A DNA stretch of 64,000 bases, from positions 15,598 through 79,597 of the forward strand of contig JBAXUS010000002.1 in NCBI GenBank assembly GCA_037129555.1, in the 5' to 3' direction. Under the pieces are notes generated by a model. That model was not told the origin of the DNA and did no database searches. It saw nothing but the letters and a program-made list of their open reading frames with translations. How positions within the stretch are numbered: the first letter of the stretch is position 1; each line of letters opens with the position of its first letter. The position numbers and the translations under genes are program-made. The DNA is from Planctomycetota bacterium (GTDB lineage: Bacteria; Planctomycetota; SZUA-567; H5-PLA8). Positions 17,053 to 25,158 of the stretch are shown here, in pieces.

Positions 17053-18348
17053 ATGGCTAGCATTTTGATTGTGGAAGACAACCAAAGTTGCGCGGAATGT
17101 TTGACTGACTTGATGAAAGAAAACGAATGGAGCGTTGAAGTGGCTTCGTCGTTGGAGCGTGCCGATAAATTGGTCACGTCCCGAAAATTCGATGTGATCC
17201 TCCTGGATTTAAATGTCGAAGGACAGGACGGCTTCACGCTGCTCGAGAAGATTGACCGGATGCGTCTCGACACGAAGACCATTATGATCAGCGGCTCGAT
17301 GGGTGTGCGGGAGACGGTCCGGGCGATGAAACTCGGTGCGTGGCATTGTTTCCCCAAACCGATCAACTCGCAGGAACTCGTCAAATTTTTGAACTGTATT
17401 AACTCCGGAATTCTGCCCCATAACGAGCCGCTTGAATTGGACGGAAAAGTGGATCTCATTGGTGTCAGCGAGCCGATGATGAATGTAAAAAAGAAGTTGC
17501 GACAAATTGGAAAAGCAAAGAAGGCGACAGTCATCATCACCGGTGAAACGGGTACGGGGAAAGAAGTCGTGGCTCGCTGGCTGCATGAAAACGCGCGCAG
17601 TGGGAAGCCGATGGTTGCGGTCAATTGTTCGGCGATCCCGGCGTCGCTGATCGAAAGCGAATTGTTCGGACATGAAAAGGGAGCGTTCACCGACGCACGC
17701 AACACGCGGCGGGGCGTGTTTGAAATGGCCGTCGACGGAACGCTTTTCCTTGATGAAATTGGTGATCTTCCGCTGGAATATCAGGCCAAACTGTTGCGCG
17801 CCCTGCAGGAACGCTGTTTCCGCCGGGTCGGCGGTACGCAGGAAATTCCGTTGCAGGCCACCATCATCGCCGCGACGAATGTGGATCTTGCCGACGCTGT
17901 CAAAAAAGGAAAATTCCGCGAAGACTTATATTACCGTCTCTCGGTCATTCCTGTGCACTTGCCGCCGTTACGAATGCGCGGCAGCGATATCGTTTTGATC
18001 GCCGACTATTTCCTGAAACATTTTGCGTCGGAGAATGACGCAGACGTTTTGCGTCTCTCGGAAAGCGACAAACAGCAACTGATGGGGCACAAGTGGCCTG
18101 GCAATATTCGGGAACTTCGCAACGTCATGGAGCGGTTTGTGCTGTTTGGCCGAATCGATTTGTCAACGGGACAGCGAACGAGCGTTTCCGAGCCACGGAT
18201 GAATGCGGTGACGCTGGCGGATGCACCCGTCAACAAAACTCCGCACATCGATTCCGACGAGGAGCGGCGTGTCTTGTACTCCATCCTGAAGAATTTGATG
18301 GCCGAAGATGCGAATCGATTGGTTGAATCGGGGCGGCGGGCAGGTTGA
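17053..18348 (+). CDS. Sigma-54-dependent response regulator, FlgR-like (REC + AAA+ sigma-54 activator, no C-terminal HTH)
   Basis: Receiver domain has LIVEDN, the phospho-Asp context DVILLDLNV, and Lys in KPI. AAA+ domain has GETGTGKE Walker A, ESELFGHEKGAFTDA (a GAFTGA-loop variant), and DEIGDL Walker B. The C-terminal 60 aa lack a Fis-type HTH. Start at the ATG at 17053 after a GGGGGG RBS. Confidence 0.85.
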   Translation: MASILIVEDNQSCAECLTDLMKENEWSVEVASSLERADKLVTSRKFDVILLDLNVEGQDGFTLLEKIDRMRLDTKTIMISGSMGVRETVRAMKLGAWHCFPKPINSQELVKFLNCINSGILPHNEPLELDGKVDLIGVSEPMMNVKKKLRQIGKAKKATVIITGETGTGKEVVARWLHENARSGKPMVAVNCSAIPASLIESELFGHEKGAFTDARNTRRGVFEMAVDGTLFLDEIGDLPLEYQAKLLRALQERCFRRVGGTQEIPLQATIIAATNVDLADAVKKGKFREDLYYRLSVIPVHLPPLRMRGSDIVLIADYFLKHFASENDADVLRLSESDKQQLMGHKWPGNIRELRNVMERFVLFGRIDLSTGQRTSVSEPRMNAVTLADAPVNKTPHIDSDEERRVLYSILKNLMAEDANRLVESGRRAG

Positions 18349-18383
18349 GCCGACCATGATCTTGTTTTGCCGATTCGTTCACG

Positions 18384-18428
18384 AGTCCCGCCAAAGAGCA
18401 ACGTCCTCGGCGGGATTTTTGTTTTAAA
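18384..18428 (+). terminator. Rho-independent terminator-like hairpin after the regulator gene
   Basis: GAGTCCCGCC / GGCGGGAT stem, about 16-nt loop, followed by TTTTTGTTTT. Confidence 0.4.
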
Positions 18429-18514
18429 AGCAAAATCCTGCCCGCAGATTTTTCCGACGCACATCCCCCAATTTGGCATTGAATGTGGTTTGAATCCATG
18501 CGGGAGGATGCGTC

Positions 18515-19711
18515 GTGAAAAAAGATATGATCTTGTCTTTGTCAGTCGTGCTCGGTGTTGCCAGCGTATGCTTCGGCACGGGTTTCCTTGCGCTGGCCCA
18601 CTTGTTCGAAGGGGGAGCGAAGTCCGCTGAGTCGGCCGCCGTCAAATCCGCTGGACACGATGTTGAAAAAGACGAGCACGGGAACGCAGCCAAGGGAGCC
18701 GCACACGGAGAAGAAAAGTCCAAGTCGAATCCCGCAACTTCGGTGAAGACTCACGGGGAAACTACCAAAAGCCAGGGCGCTCATGCCGAGGCTCCCGACA
18801 AACCTGCGACTGTCCCCGCTTCGCCCGCAATCTTGAAAGAAATCGAATCCCATTTCAACGACCTTTGGGCACGCGACCGCTTTGATGAATGCAGGGACAT
18901 CGCCGCCAAAGCCATGACGCTGGTAGGCCACGACCACGCCGCGTGGCAATTGCGCCTTGCCAAAGCCACCATGCAATCCGATTCATTGCCCAAACAGCAG
19001 CGGTACGTCAAGGCGCTGCAGTTGAACACCAATGCGCTGGCTGAAGGCATGGATAAAAACGCGGAAGAATCCGCCCGCTATGGGGCATGCGTTTGTCTGC
19101 GGCAATTGTCTCGATGGGAAGAGCTCACGCAGGGAACGGAAGCGTACATGAAACAATTTAAACTGACCGTACACACGCCGGAGATCCTGTTGTTTCATGC
19201 CCTGGGAATTTCAGCCGAAGGGCGCAACGCGGATGCCCGGGCGGAATTTGATTCATTGACCGGCAATGACACTCCAGACGCGATCCGTGCCCAGGCGATG
19301 TGGCATATCGCACAATTGAATTTGAAAGAGGCCGATGCCCGACTCTCGGAGCCACCGATTCAAGCTCAAAATGTGGCGCTCGAACGGTCGCCGCAACCAG
19401 CCACTGCCGACTCTGGAGCGCTCGATTTGGGTAGTTCACTTCGAGATCACGTTTTAGAGAAAATGACAAAACAGCCGAAAGCCCCGCCGGACAGGCCGAC
19501 CGCCGATGGGAATCTTGCAGACCTTCCGGACGAGCAATGGGAACTGATTCGGCGTGCGCTCGAACGTTCCGATCATCTCGAAGCGCAACGGTTGTTTGAA
19601 CCGTATTTGTCCGCGGCGCCGGACGATCAACGCGCGCGCATGTCTGTCAAATATGCAAATATGATGGTCAAAATCGCGGCAAATCGACGACTCGGGAGTG
19701 ATGGCAAATGA
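18515..19711 (+). CDS. Membrane-anchored hypothetical protein with His/Lys-rich linker and helical (TPR-like) C-terminal domain
   Basis: N-terminal hydrophobic segment (ILSLSVVLGVASVCFGTGFLALA), a low-complexity HG/K-rich stretch, then helical repeats. Its stop overlaps the next gene start (ATGA at 19708-19711). Confidence 0.5.
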   Translation: MKKDMILSLSVVLGVASVCFGTGFLALAHLFEGGAKSAESAAVKSAGHDVEKDEHGNAAKGAAHGEEKSKSNPATSVKTHGETTKSQGAHAEAPDKPATVPASPAILKEIESHFNDLWARDRFDECRDIAAKAMTLVGHDHAAWQLRLAKATMQSDSLPKQQRYVKALQLNTNALAEGMDKNAEESARYGACVCLRQLSRWEELTQGTEAYMKQFKLTVHTPEILLFHALGISAEGRNADARAEFDSLTGNDTPDAIRAQAMWHIAQLNLKEADARLSEPPIQAQNVALERSPQPATADSGALDLGSSLRDHVLEKMTKQPKAPPDRPTADGNLADLPDEQWELIRRALERSDHLEAQRLFEPYLSAAPDDQRARMSVKYANMMVKIAANRRLGSDGK

Positions 19712-21843
19712 CTGTACACATCCGCCGCACAATCACGCTGCTCCTACTGGTGCTCACGTTCCCTGCGTGCCAGGCCCCGTTCGCGCGGAAAATGCCTTCG
19801 ACCTTCTCACGCATGGACCCGCCTAAAAACCTGGAATCCGCCAAGTCAGGGAAACAAGGTGCTGCGCAGGGGAAGGCGGTCTTGGAAAATATGCACCGGC
19901 AAAATGAACTGGAGTCCCGGCTCAATGAAGTTGAATCGCAAGTGGCCCGTTTGAAGACATTTCCAAAGGACCTCGAAACATCCCGGCGAATTGAGGTGAT
20001 GGTTCCCGAAACACCCGTGGTCGAAATGCGCGAAAAGCGAAGTAACAACCCGGTTGCCGAATTGTTGCCGGAGCCGAGCAACGTCAAATCGCCCGAGCGG
20101 GCGGAAGTCCCAGTCAGTTCCGCCAGACCAACGCCGGAAACACCGAATCCGGCTCCACGCGTAGCGGTCCAGGCACCTCCAGCGCCCATCATTCCTGTGG
20201 CCGTTGAGACACCCAAAGTCATGCCTCCACCTGATCGCGTTGAAGTGCCTGTTGTGGCGCCCGAGGAACACATTGACGCGCCCCAAAAGAGCGAATTCAG
20301 TGTGATGGCCCGTGAGTTAAAATCACGCGCCAAGTCCATTTTTCAGAAGATCATTTCGGATTTCCCAGATACACAGGAAGCCGCCAACGCAGCCTTGGGA
20401 TTGGGTGCCTTGCACGAGGAAGATTCAGCATGGGATCAAGCGATCGAAAGTTATAAACGAATCGTGAATAAGGCCCCGGACCCGGCCAGTCGCGCGGCCG
20501 CCCACCTTGGTATTGCCAGGGCGCTCGTCGGGAAAGGAGTATTTCTAGAAGCGCATGACATGTATCAATCTTTTGCCGACAATTTTCCAAAGGATCCCGC
20601 CGTAGGGAAAGCGTTGTTGTCGGCGGCTGACTGCCTCAATCGAGCCGGAGAAAAAGAGCGCGCACTCAAGGAATATCGCGCGTTGGAGCGCTCGTCGCCG
20701 GGACCGTATATCGCCTCAATGGTCAAGCGCAAAATTGCAGAGCTTTTGTCTGACATGAAACAATATCCGGAAGCGGTCCGGGCTTACACGGAAGCATTGA
20801 ACACCGCCACGGAAGAGCCCGAGCGGCTTGAAATACGATCCGGGCTTGTTCGCAGTTTAATCGCGGCAAACATGAAGGACGAGGCCCGGGCGAAACTGAA
20901 GGAGATGCTGGTGGAGACCACGCCCGCTCCGGCCCGTGCCGAGGCCCGCATGCAATTGGCCGTGTTATTGGAGTTCGAGCAAAAGCCGCTTGATGCCGCA
21001 TGGACCTACTCGCAGGCGGTTTCGGATTTACCAGACAGCCCGAATGCGCCGGAATGCCGACTGCGGGCCGCGCAGAGTTTTTTAAAATCCGGATTGGTGG
21101 AGCATGCCCGCGAACATCTTCAGGAGCTTTCGCGTTCCTTCGGGAAAATGAGTGTTGCGGAACGCAGGCGCTTGGAACCCGAAGCGTTGTTCGCCATGGC
21201 CAAATCATTTCAGTCGGATGTCGACATCAACCGGGCCCGGGCACCCTTGACGGCCTTGCGCAGCCAATACCCGGAGCATCCGCTGGCGGTCGAGGCCGAT
21301 CTGGAGGAGAGCGATATTCTGTTCAACGCGGGGATGCGGGAGAAGGCGCTGGCATTTCTGCAGGACGTTGTGAAGTCCCATCCGGACACAGACCGTGCGG
21401 CTGCGGCACGGCTGCGGCTCGTTCAACTTTATGAACTGGCCCCTTCGCGCAATCAGAAATTACCCCTGCTTCAAATCCTCGAACAAAAGTGCGCCCCGGG
21501 TGCTGAGAAGGCGAATCTGGAATTAAGGCACGCCTTATTGTTGCAGGAGGCTGGTCGTGATGATGAAGCGATGGCGAAACTGAAGGCACTGCTTGACAGC
21601 AAAGAAACACCGGCACGTGAAGCGGCGCTGGCACAATACAGTCAGGCTTCACACTATCAACGTACTGGAAAATTAAAGGAAGCGGCCACTGCTTTTGACG
21701 GCTTCCTGGCGCGGACTCCGGAAAAAGATGCCGCCAATCAAGCGGCGTTGGAGCCGTTGATTCAAAACGCCAAGTGGACGGCCTCGAAGATCAAGTGGCT
21801 GAACAGCCTGAAAGGCCCGGGCGAAGTTTCGCTCAAACGCTAA
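19708..21843 (+). CDS. TPR-repeat lipoprotein (711 aa) encoded immediately upstream of flgB
   Basis: Lipoprotein signal with lipobox LTFPAC, a coiled-coil segment, a Pro-rich linker (PTPETPNPAPRVAVQAPPAPIIPVAVETPKVMPPPD), then many TPR-like helical repeats. Translationally coupled to the upstream gene. Only about 33 nt before flgB. Confidence 0.6.
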   Translation: MTVHIRRTITLLLLVLTFPACQAPFARKMPSTFSRMDPPKNLESAKSGKQGAAQGKAVLENMHRQNELESRLNEVESQVARLKTFPKDLETSRRIEVMVPETPVVEMREKRSNNPVAELLPEPSNVKSPERAEVPVSSARPTPETPNPAPRVAVQAPPAPIIPVAVETPKVMPPPDRVEVPVVAPEEHIDAPQKSEFSVMARELKSRAKSIFQKIISDFPDTQEAANAALGLGALHEEDSAWDQAIESYKRIVNKAPDPASRAAAHLGIARALVGKGVFLEAHDMYQSFADNFPKDPAVGKALLSAADCLNRAGEKERALKEYRALERSSPGPYIASMVKRKIAELLSDMKQYPEAVRAYTEALNTATEEPERLEIRSGLVRSLIAANMKDEARAKLKEMLVETTPAPARAEARMQLAVLLEFEQKPLDAAWTYSQAVSDLPDSPNAPECRLRAAQSFLKSGLVEHAREHLQELSRSFGKMSVAERRRLEPEALFAMAKSFQSDVDINRARAPLTALRSQYPEHPLAVEADLEESDILFNAGMREKALAFLQDVVKSHPDTDRAAAARLRLVQLYELAPSRNQKLPLLQILEQKCAPGAEKANLELRHALLLQEAGRDDEAMAKLKALLDSKETPAREAALAQYSQASHYQRTGKLKEAATAFDGFLARTPEKDAANQAALEPLIQNAKWTASKIKWLNSLKGPGEVSLKR

Positions 21844-21876
21844 TTCGCTTCTACCCATGTTTCCGGGGAACCACAT

Positions 21877-22221
21877 ATGACAATTACCGATCAGACTCAA
21901 CAACTTGTCACGCGATGGCTGGATTCAACGGCATTGCGACATCGCGTGATCAGCAATAATCTGGCGAATTCCGACACGCCAGGATTCATTCGCAATGACG
22001 TGTCGTTTAATGCGGAATTGGCACGGGCTACGAACGGTGCCCGCGCTGGCATCGCGGTGAGCGAGGATCAAACGAACGAGCCGCGCCAGGATGGCAACAA
22101 TGTACAGGTGGATCAGGAGCTGGCGGAATTGAGCGAGAATGCGCTGATGCAACAAATGGCGGTGCAGGTGTTGCAGGCGAAAATGAGCATGAACAAGGTC
22201 GCCATTACCGGGAAGAGTTAA
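21877..22221 (+). CDS. flgB: Flagellar proximal rod protein FlgB
   Basis: FlgB N-terminus (…RHRVISNNLANSDTPGFIRNDVSFNAEL…) and C-terminal helix (…NNVQVDQELAELSENALMQQMAVQVLQAKMSMNKV…). Not adjacent to flgC. Confidence 0.85.
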   Translation: MTITDQTQQLVTRWLDSTALRHRVISNNLANSDTPGFIRNDVSFNAELARATNGARAGIAVSEDQTNEPRQDGNNVQVDQELAELSENALMQQMAVQVLQAKMSMNKVAITGKS

Positions 22222-22229
22222 GAGCTACC

Positions 22230-22390
22230 GGATAAAGCCCAATGCTGCGTGATTAAGCTCAAGTCCAAGCGCTCGAAAATCGATGAATAATCGTAAGGCT
22301 TTGAGCTTCAATCCGTTCCAAAAACACCGCGTTATGGCGCGGTATTTTGTTATCAAATTTTCCTTAATCACGCAGCATTGGGATAAAGCC
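22230..22390. mobile_element. MITE-like element: 18-bp perfect terminal inverted repeats flanked by a 10-bp direct repeat
   Basis: Left end GGATAAAGCC|CAATGCTGCGTGATTAAG (22230-22257). Right end CTTAATCACGCAGCATTG|GGATAAAGCC (22363-22390). The 18-mers are exact reverse complements. The flanking 10-mer GGATAAAGCC is a direct repeat, as a target-site duplication would be. About 105-bp non-coding core with an internal CCGCG…CGCGG hairpin. Confidence 0.45.
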
Positions 22391-22410
22391 GGAACATGTT
22401 GCGTTCCCCG

Positions 22411-22779
22411 CTACTCGCACAGAAACGCGTCGGTGTGGCCACAAACGCAGTGATATTCAAAACCTTTGATGGCTCCATTTTCTTTTGTGACGGTCAAATG
22501 GCCTCCCGGAAGTTTTTCACCGGGAACATGCAAATAGATGACATTGTTCGTGCGCCGAACAGCACTGGCCTTGATCAGTTTCCCGGCTTCGACATCAACG
22601 CTAAAATCGGATTTTTTTTCAAACATAAGCGGATCTCCTGGTGACGGATTTGTCGATTGACGGAATGCAAGTTCAATACCACAGCCGCACAATTGGTTGC
22701 CGATAGGAAATAAATGTTCATGAACAATCAATTCCAAATTTTGGCCGCGGCATTGCTTAAAGGATTGTCGTCTTTCCAT
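22411..22779 (-). CDS. Small Cys-rich hypothetical protein (CGCG … HCVCGH motifs)
   Basis: ORF convergent with flgB. Protein-like composition with paired Cys motifs, giving a weak resemblance to Mss4/GFA-like zinc-binding folds. Start uncertain; candidates at 22779 or 22626, and the full ORF runs to 22884 and overlaps the HDOD gene. Confidence 0.3.
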   Translation of the reverse strand: MERRQSFKQCRGQNLELIVHEHLFPIGNQLCGCGIELAFRQSTNPSPGDPLMFEKKSDFSVDVEAGKLIKASAVRRTNNVIYLHVPGEKLPGGHLTVTKENGAIKGFEYHCVCGHTDAFLCE

Positions 22780-22853
22780 GCGGAAAGAGTTGCTGAAATG
22801 TGGAGTGCCATCACACGACGTGGCACCCCAGTGAATTGCACGGGGAGGTTGAG

Positions 22854-23855
22854 ATGAACGTGGTCGAATCATCAACTGCAACAATGGAAGCCGTCAAACT
22901 TGATTTGCGATTTACGGGCGATACACGCATCGAACCCAGCAGCGCGTTGGAATGCCAGATCAGCGACAAATTCGTGTCGGCGCGTCGGAAACAATTGGAA
23001 CGGTTCAATGATCCGGACTTCGATCTACCCTCCATGCCGCCGTGTGTGACCAAGGTTGTGGAGATCAGTCAAAGTCCCGACCCGTCACCGCGGGCTCTGG
23101 AACAGGTACTGCAATTGGACCAGGCGTTGGCGGCCAAAATTCTACGCATGGCCAACTCTCCAATCTATGGTGGAACACGCCGCATTGACACCTTGCAGAG
23201 CGCCATCACCCGGCTGGGGGTCGTCAGCATTCGAAATGTGGTGCTGGCCATCGCGGTCAACTCGACGATCAAGAGCGATTCGAGAATCGGTCCGGTTGCA
23301 AACGTGTTGTGGGAGCATTCCATCTCGACGGGAATTGCGGCGCAGGTCCTGGCCAAGCGGCTGCGCCTGCCGGAACAGGCTGCATTTTTGTTGGGATTAA
23401 TGCACGACATTGGAAAGCTGCCGGCCTGGATTCTGTTGCAGGAATTGTTGCCGCCGAAGTCGCCGGTACGTCATGAAATGCTGTCCACGCTGGTGGAGGA
23501 TTCGCACTGTGAAATTGGCGAGGCGTTGATTGATGCGTGGGACATGTCGTTTGATATTCGGACGGTGGTGGGCTGGCATCATTCGGTCACGTCATTGAAT
23601 GCATTGTATGGCCACATCCTGTGCGAGCGGCCGGAAATGGCGTCATCGGATGCGAAGGCACTTGCCGCGTTGATTTGTTGTGTCGTCCTGGCCGACCGCG
23701 CATTGGGAGCGTTGAAACTGGCACCGGAACCGGGCGTGTTTCAAATCGGCGGCACGACGCTGGCCACCGATTTGGGGCTCTCGGTGCAGGAATCGCTGGA
23801 TTATCTGGCGGGGTTGCCGGAGATTTTAAAGAGCAATGATTTTAGAAATATGTAG
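22854..23855 (+). CDS. HDOD-domain signalling protein
   Basis: HDOD signature (…LEQVLQLDQALAAKILRMANSPIYGG…LGLMHDIGKL…). Start at the ATG at 22854, preceded by GGGGAGG. Confidence 0.7.
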   Translation: MNVVESSTATMEAVKLDLRFTGDTRIEPSSALECQISDKFVSARRKQLERFNDPDFDLPSMPPCVTKVVEISQSPDPSPRALEQVLQLDQALAAKILRMANSPIYGGTRRIDTLQSAITRLGVVSIRNVVLAIAVNSTIKSDSRIGPVANVLWEHSISTGIAAQVLAKRLRLPEQAAFLLGLMHDIGKLPAWILLQELLPPKSPVRHEMLSTLVEDSHCEIGEALIDAWDMSFDIRTVVGWHHSVTSLNALYGHILCERPEMASSDAKALAALICCVVLADRALGALKLAPEPGVFQIGGTTLATDLGLSVQESLDYLAGLPEILKSNDFRNM

Positions 23856-23864
23856 AAATCGGCC

Positions 23865-23891
23865 TTAATAAGCGGTAAACAAGACCGATGA
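23865..23891 (+). promoter_or_regulatory. Sigma-28 (FliA)-type promoter for flgM
   Basis: TTAA-N15-ACCGATGA, compared with consensus TAAA-N15-GCCGATAA. Ends 20 nt upstream of the flgM ATG. Same -10 variant (CCGATGA) as the flagellin-1 promoter. Confidence 0.45.
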
Positions 23892-23911
23892 CAACTACGG
23901 GAGCAACGACA

Positions 23912-24229
23912 ATGCGCATTGAAGGAAGCCCCATTCAGAGCCGTTCGGCGGACACTTCCGCCCACAGTATTGCACAGGCACAAGCACCCGCCGCCGGTCT
24001 GTCGGACCGGCGTACAACCAGCGGAGTTGGAACGGAGGACACGGTCGAACTTTCCGAGGAGGCACGCCAAATCATGGGCGTTCAAACTGGAAAAAGTAGC
24101 GAGCTGCCCGTTCGACCGGAGATGGTTGAACGCGCCAAGGCTCTTTTGGCGTCGCGGCAATACAATGATCGCGCCGTACTGGAAAAAACAGCGGAGCGGA
24201 TTGCTCAGTCGGTTGATTTAACCGCCTAG
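23912..24229 (+). CDS. flgM: Anti-sigma-28 factor FlgM
   Basis: Small protein with a disordered N-terminus and the conserved FlgM C-terminal helices (…VRPEMVERAKALLASRQYNDRAVLEKTAERIAQ…). Confidence 0.75.
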   Translation: MRIEGSPIQSRSADTSAHSIAQAQAPAAGLSDRRTTSGVGTEDTVELSEEARQIMGVQTGKSSELPVRPEMVERAKALLASRQYNDRAVLEKTAERIAQSVDLTA

Positions 24230-24279
24230 AGTCGTGGTAATTTGGGAAGTTGCAATCGGCAAAGATTTCAGAACATGAA

Positions 24280-24295
24280 TGGCCCGAACGTTGCG
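24280..24295 (+). promoter_or_regulatory. Sigma-54 promoter upstream of flgF
   Basis: TGGCCCgaacgTTGCG with correct GG-N10-GC spacing. Lies 32 nt upstream of the flgF ATG. Confidence 0.5.
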
Positions 24296-24326
24296 TTGAT
24301 GTCTAGCACATCAGGAGCAACGAAAA

Positions 24327-25061
24327 ATGACATCGGGCATCTACTCCCTCGTTTCAGGCATGTCGGCGCGTTGGCAAAAGCAGGACAGCCATTCGACCAA
24401 TATCAGCGGCGCTTCGGCCATCGGTCAGAAGCGGTTGATGACGACATTCAGTTCATTCCAAAAAGCGCTCCAAGACGCGCAGCAACCGTCGAGCGGCACA
24501 TCCTTTCAGTCCCCTTCAGTCTCCGCCCAAACCCCCGCATTTGACTGGTCGCCCGGGCGGATGAAACTGACCGGCGAGTCGCTGGACGTCGCGATTCAAG
24601 GTCCGGGATTCTTTCAAGTTCAAACTCCCAACGGCACCTCCCTGACACGCGACGGCCATTTCAAACTGGATTCGTCGAACCGGTTGGTGACTAGCCAGGG
24701 GCACCCCGTTCTTGGTGAAAGCGGCCCAATTACCTTTTCATCACGAGACGTCAATATCAAGAGCGACGGCACGCTGACAGCCAAGGGGCAAAACGCGGGT
24801 CGCCTGAAACTTGTGATGCCCGAGCGGCTGAATCAATTGAAATCCGAAGACGGAACGTACTTCTCATCCGGCGCAGCCAAGCTCGTTCGTGCCAGCAGCG
24901 CAACGCTGGCACCCAACTACCTTGAAGAATCGAATGTGGACTTGCCCCGGGAAATGGTGGGTATGATCCAAAACCAGCGCATGTCGGACATGCTGTCCCG
25001 TGCGGTGCAGGCCCAGGATGAAAGTTATGGCAAGGCGATTCAAGAGTTAGGTTCCATTTAA
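24327..25061 (+). CDS. flgF: Flagellar basal-body rod protein FlgF
   Basis: Rod-protein family sequence (…LDVAIQGPGFFQVQTPNGTSLTRDGHFKLDSSNRLVT…) with a C-terminal rod helix. Precedes flgG. Confidence 0.75.
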   Translation: MTSGIYSLVSGMSARWQKQDSHSTNISGASAIGQKRLMTTFSSFQKALQDAQQPSSGTSFQSPSVSAQTPAFDWSPGRMKLTGESLDVAIQGPGFFQVQTPNGTSLTRDGHFKLDSSNRLVTSQGHPVLGESGPITFSSRDVNIKSDGTLTAKGQNAGRLKLVMPERLNQLKSEDGTYFSSGAAKLVRASSATLAPNYLEESNVDLPREMVGMIQNQRMSDMLSRAVQAQDESYGKAIQELGSI

Positions 25062-25158
25062 TAGCGAATCGAAATGAGCGGGAACGGCGTCCAGCTCCAG
25101 GCTTTAAATACCAGTTTGATTTTATTCGCTCGGATAGTTCGAGCACTCAGGAGGCAAG

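Noticed and set aside
17209-17673. Minus-strand ORFs overlapping the FlgR-like gene (16992..17705, 17209..17673)
   Set aside because: Antisense to a gene with clear REC and AAA+ motifs. No independent support.
22821-22840. TGGCAC hexamer upstream of the HDOD gene as a sigma-54 promoter
   Set aside because: No GC/TTGC element at the required -12 position. The sequence continues CCCAGTGAAT.
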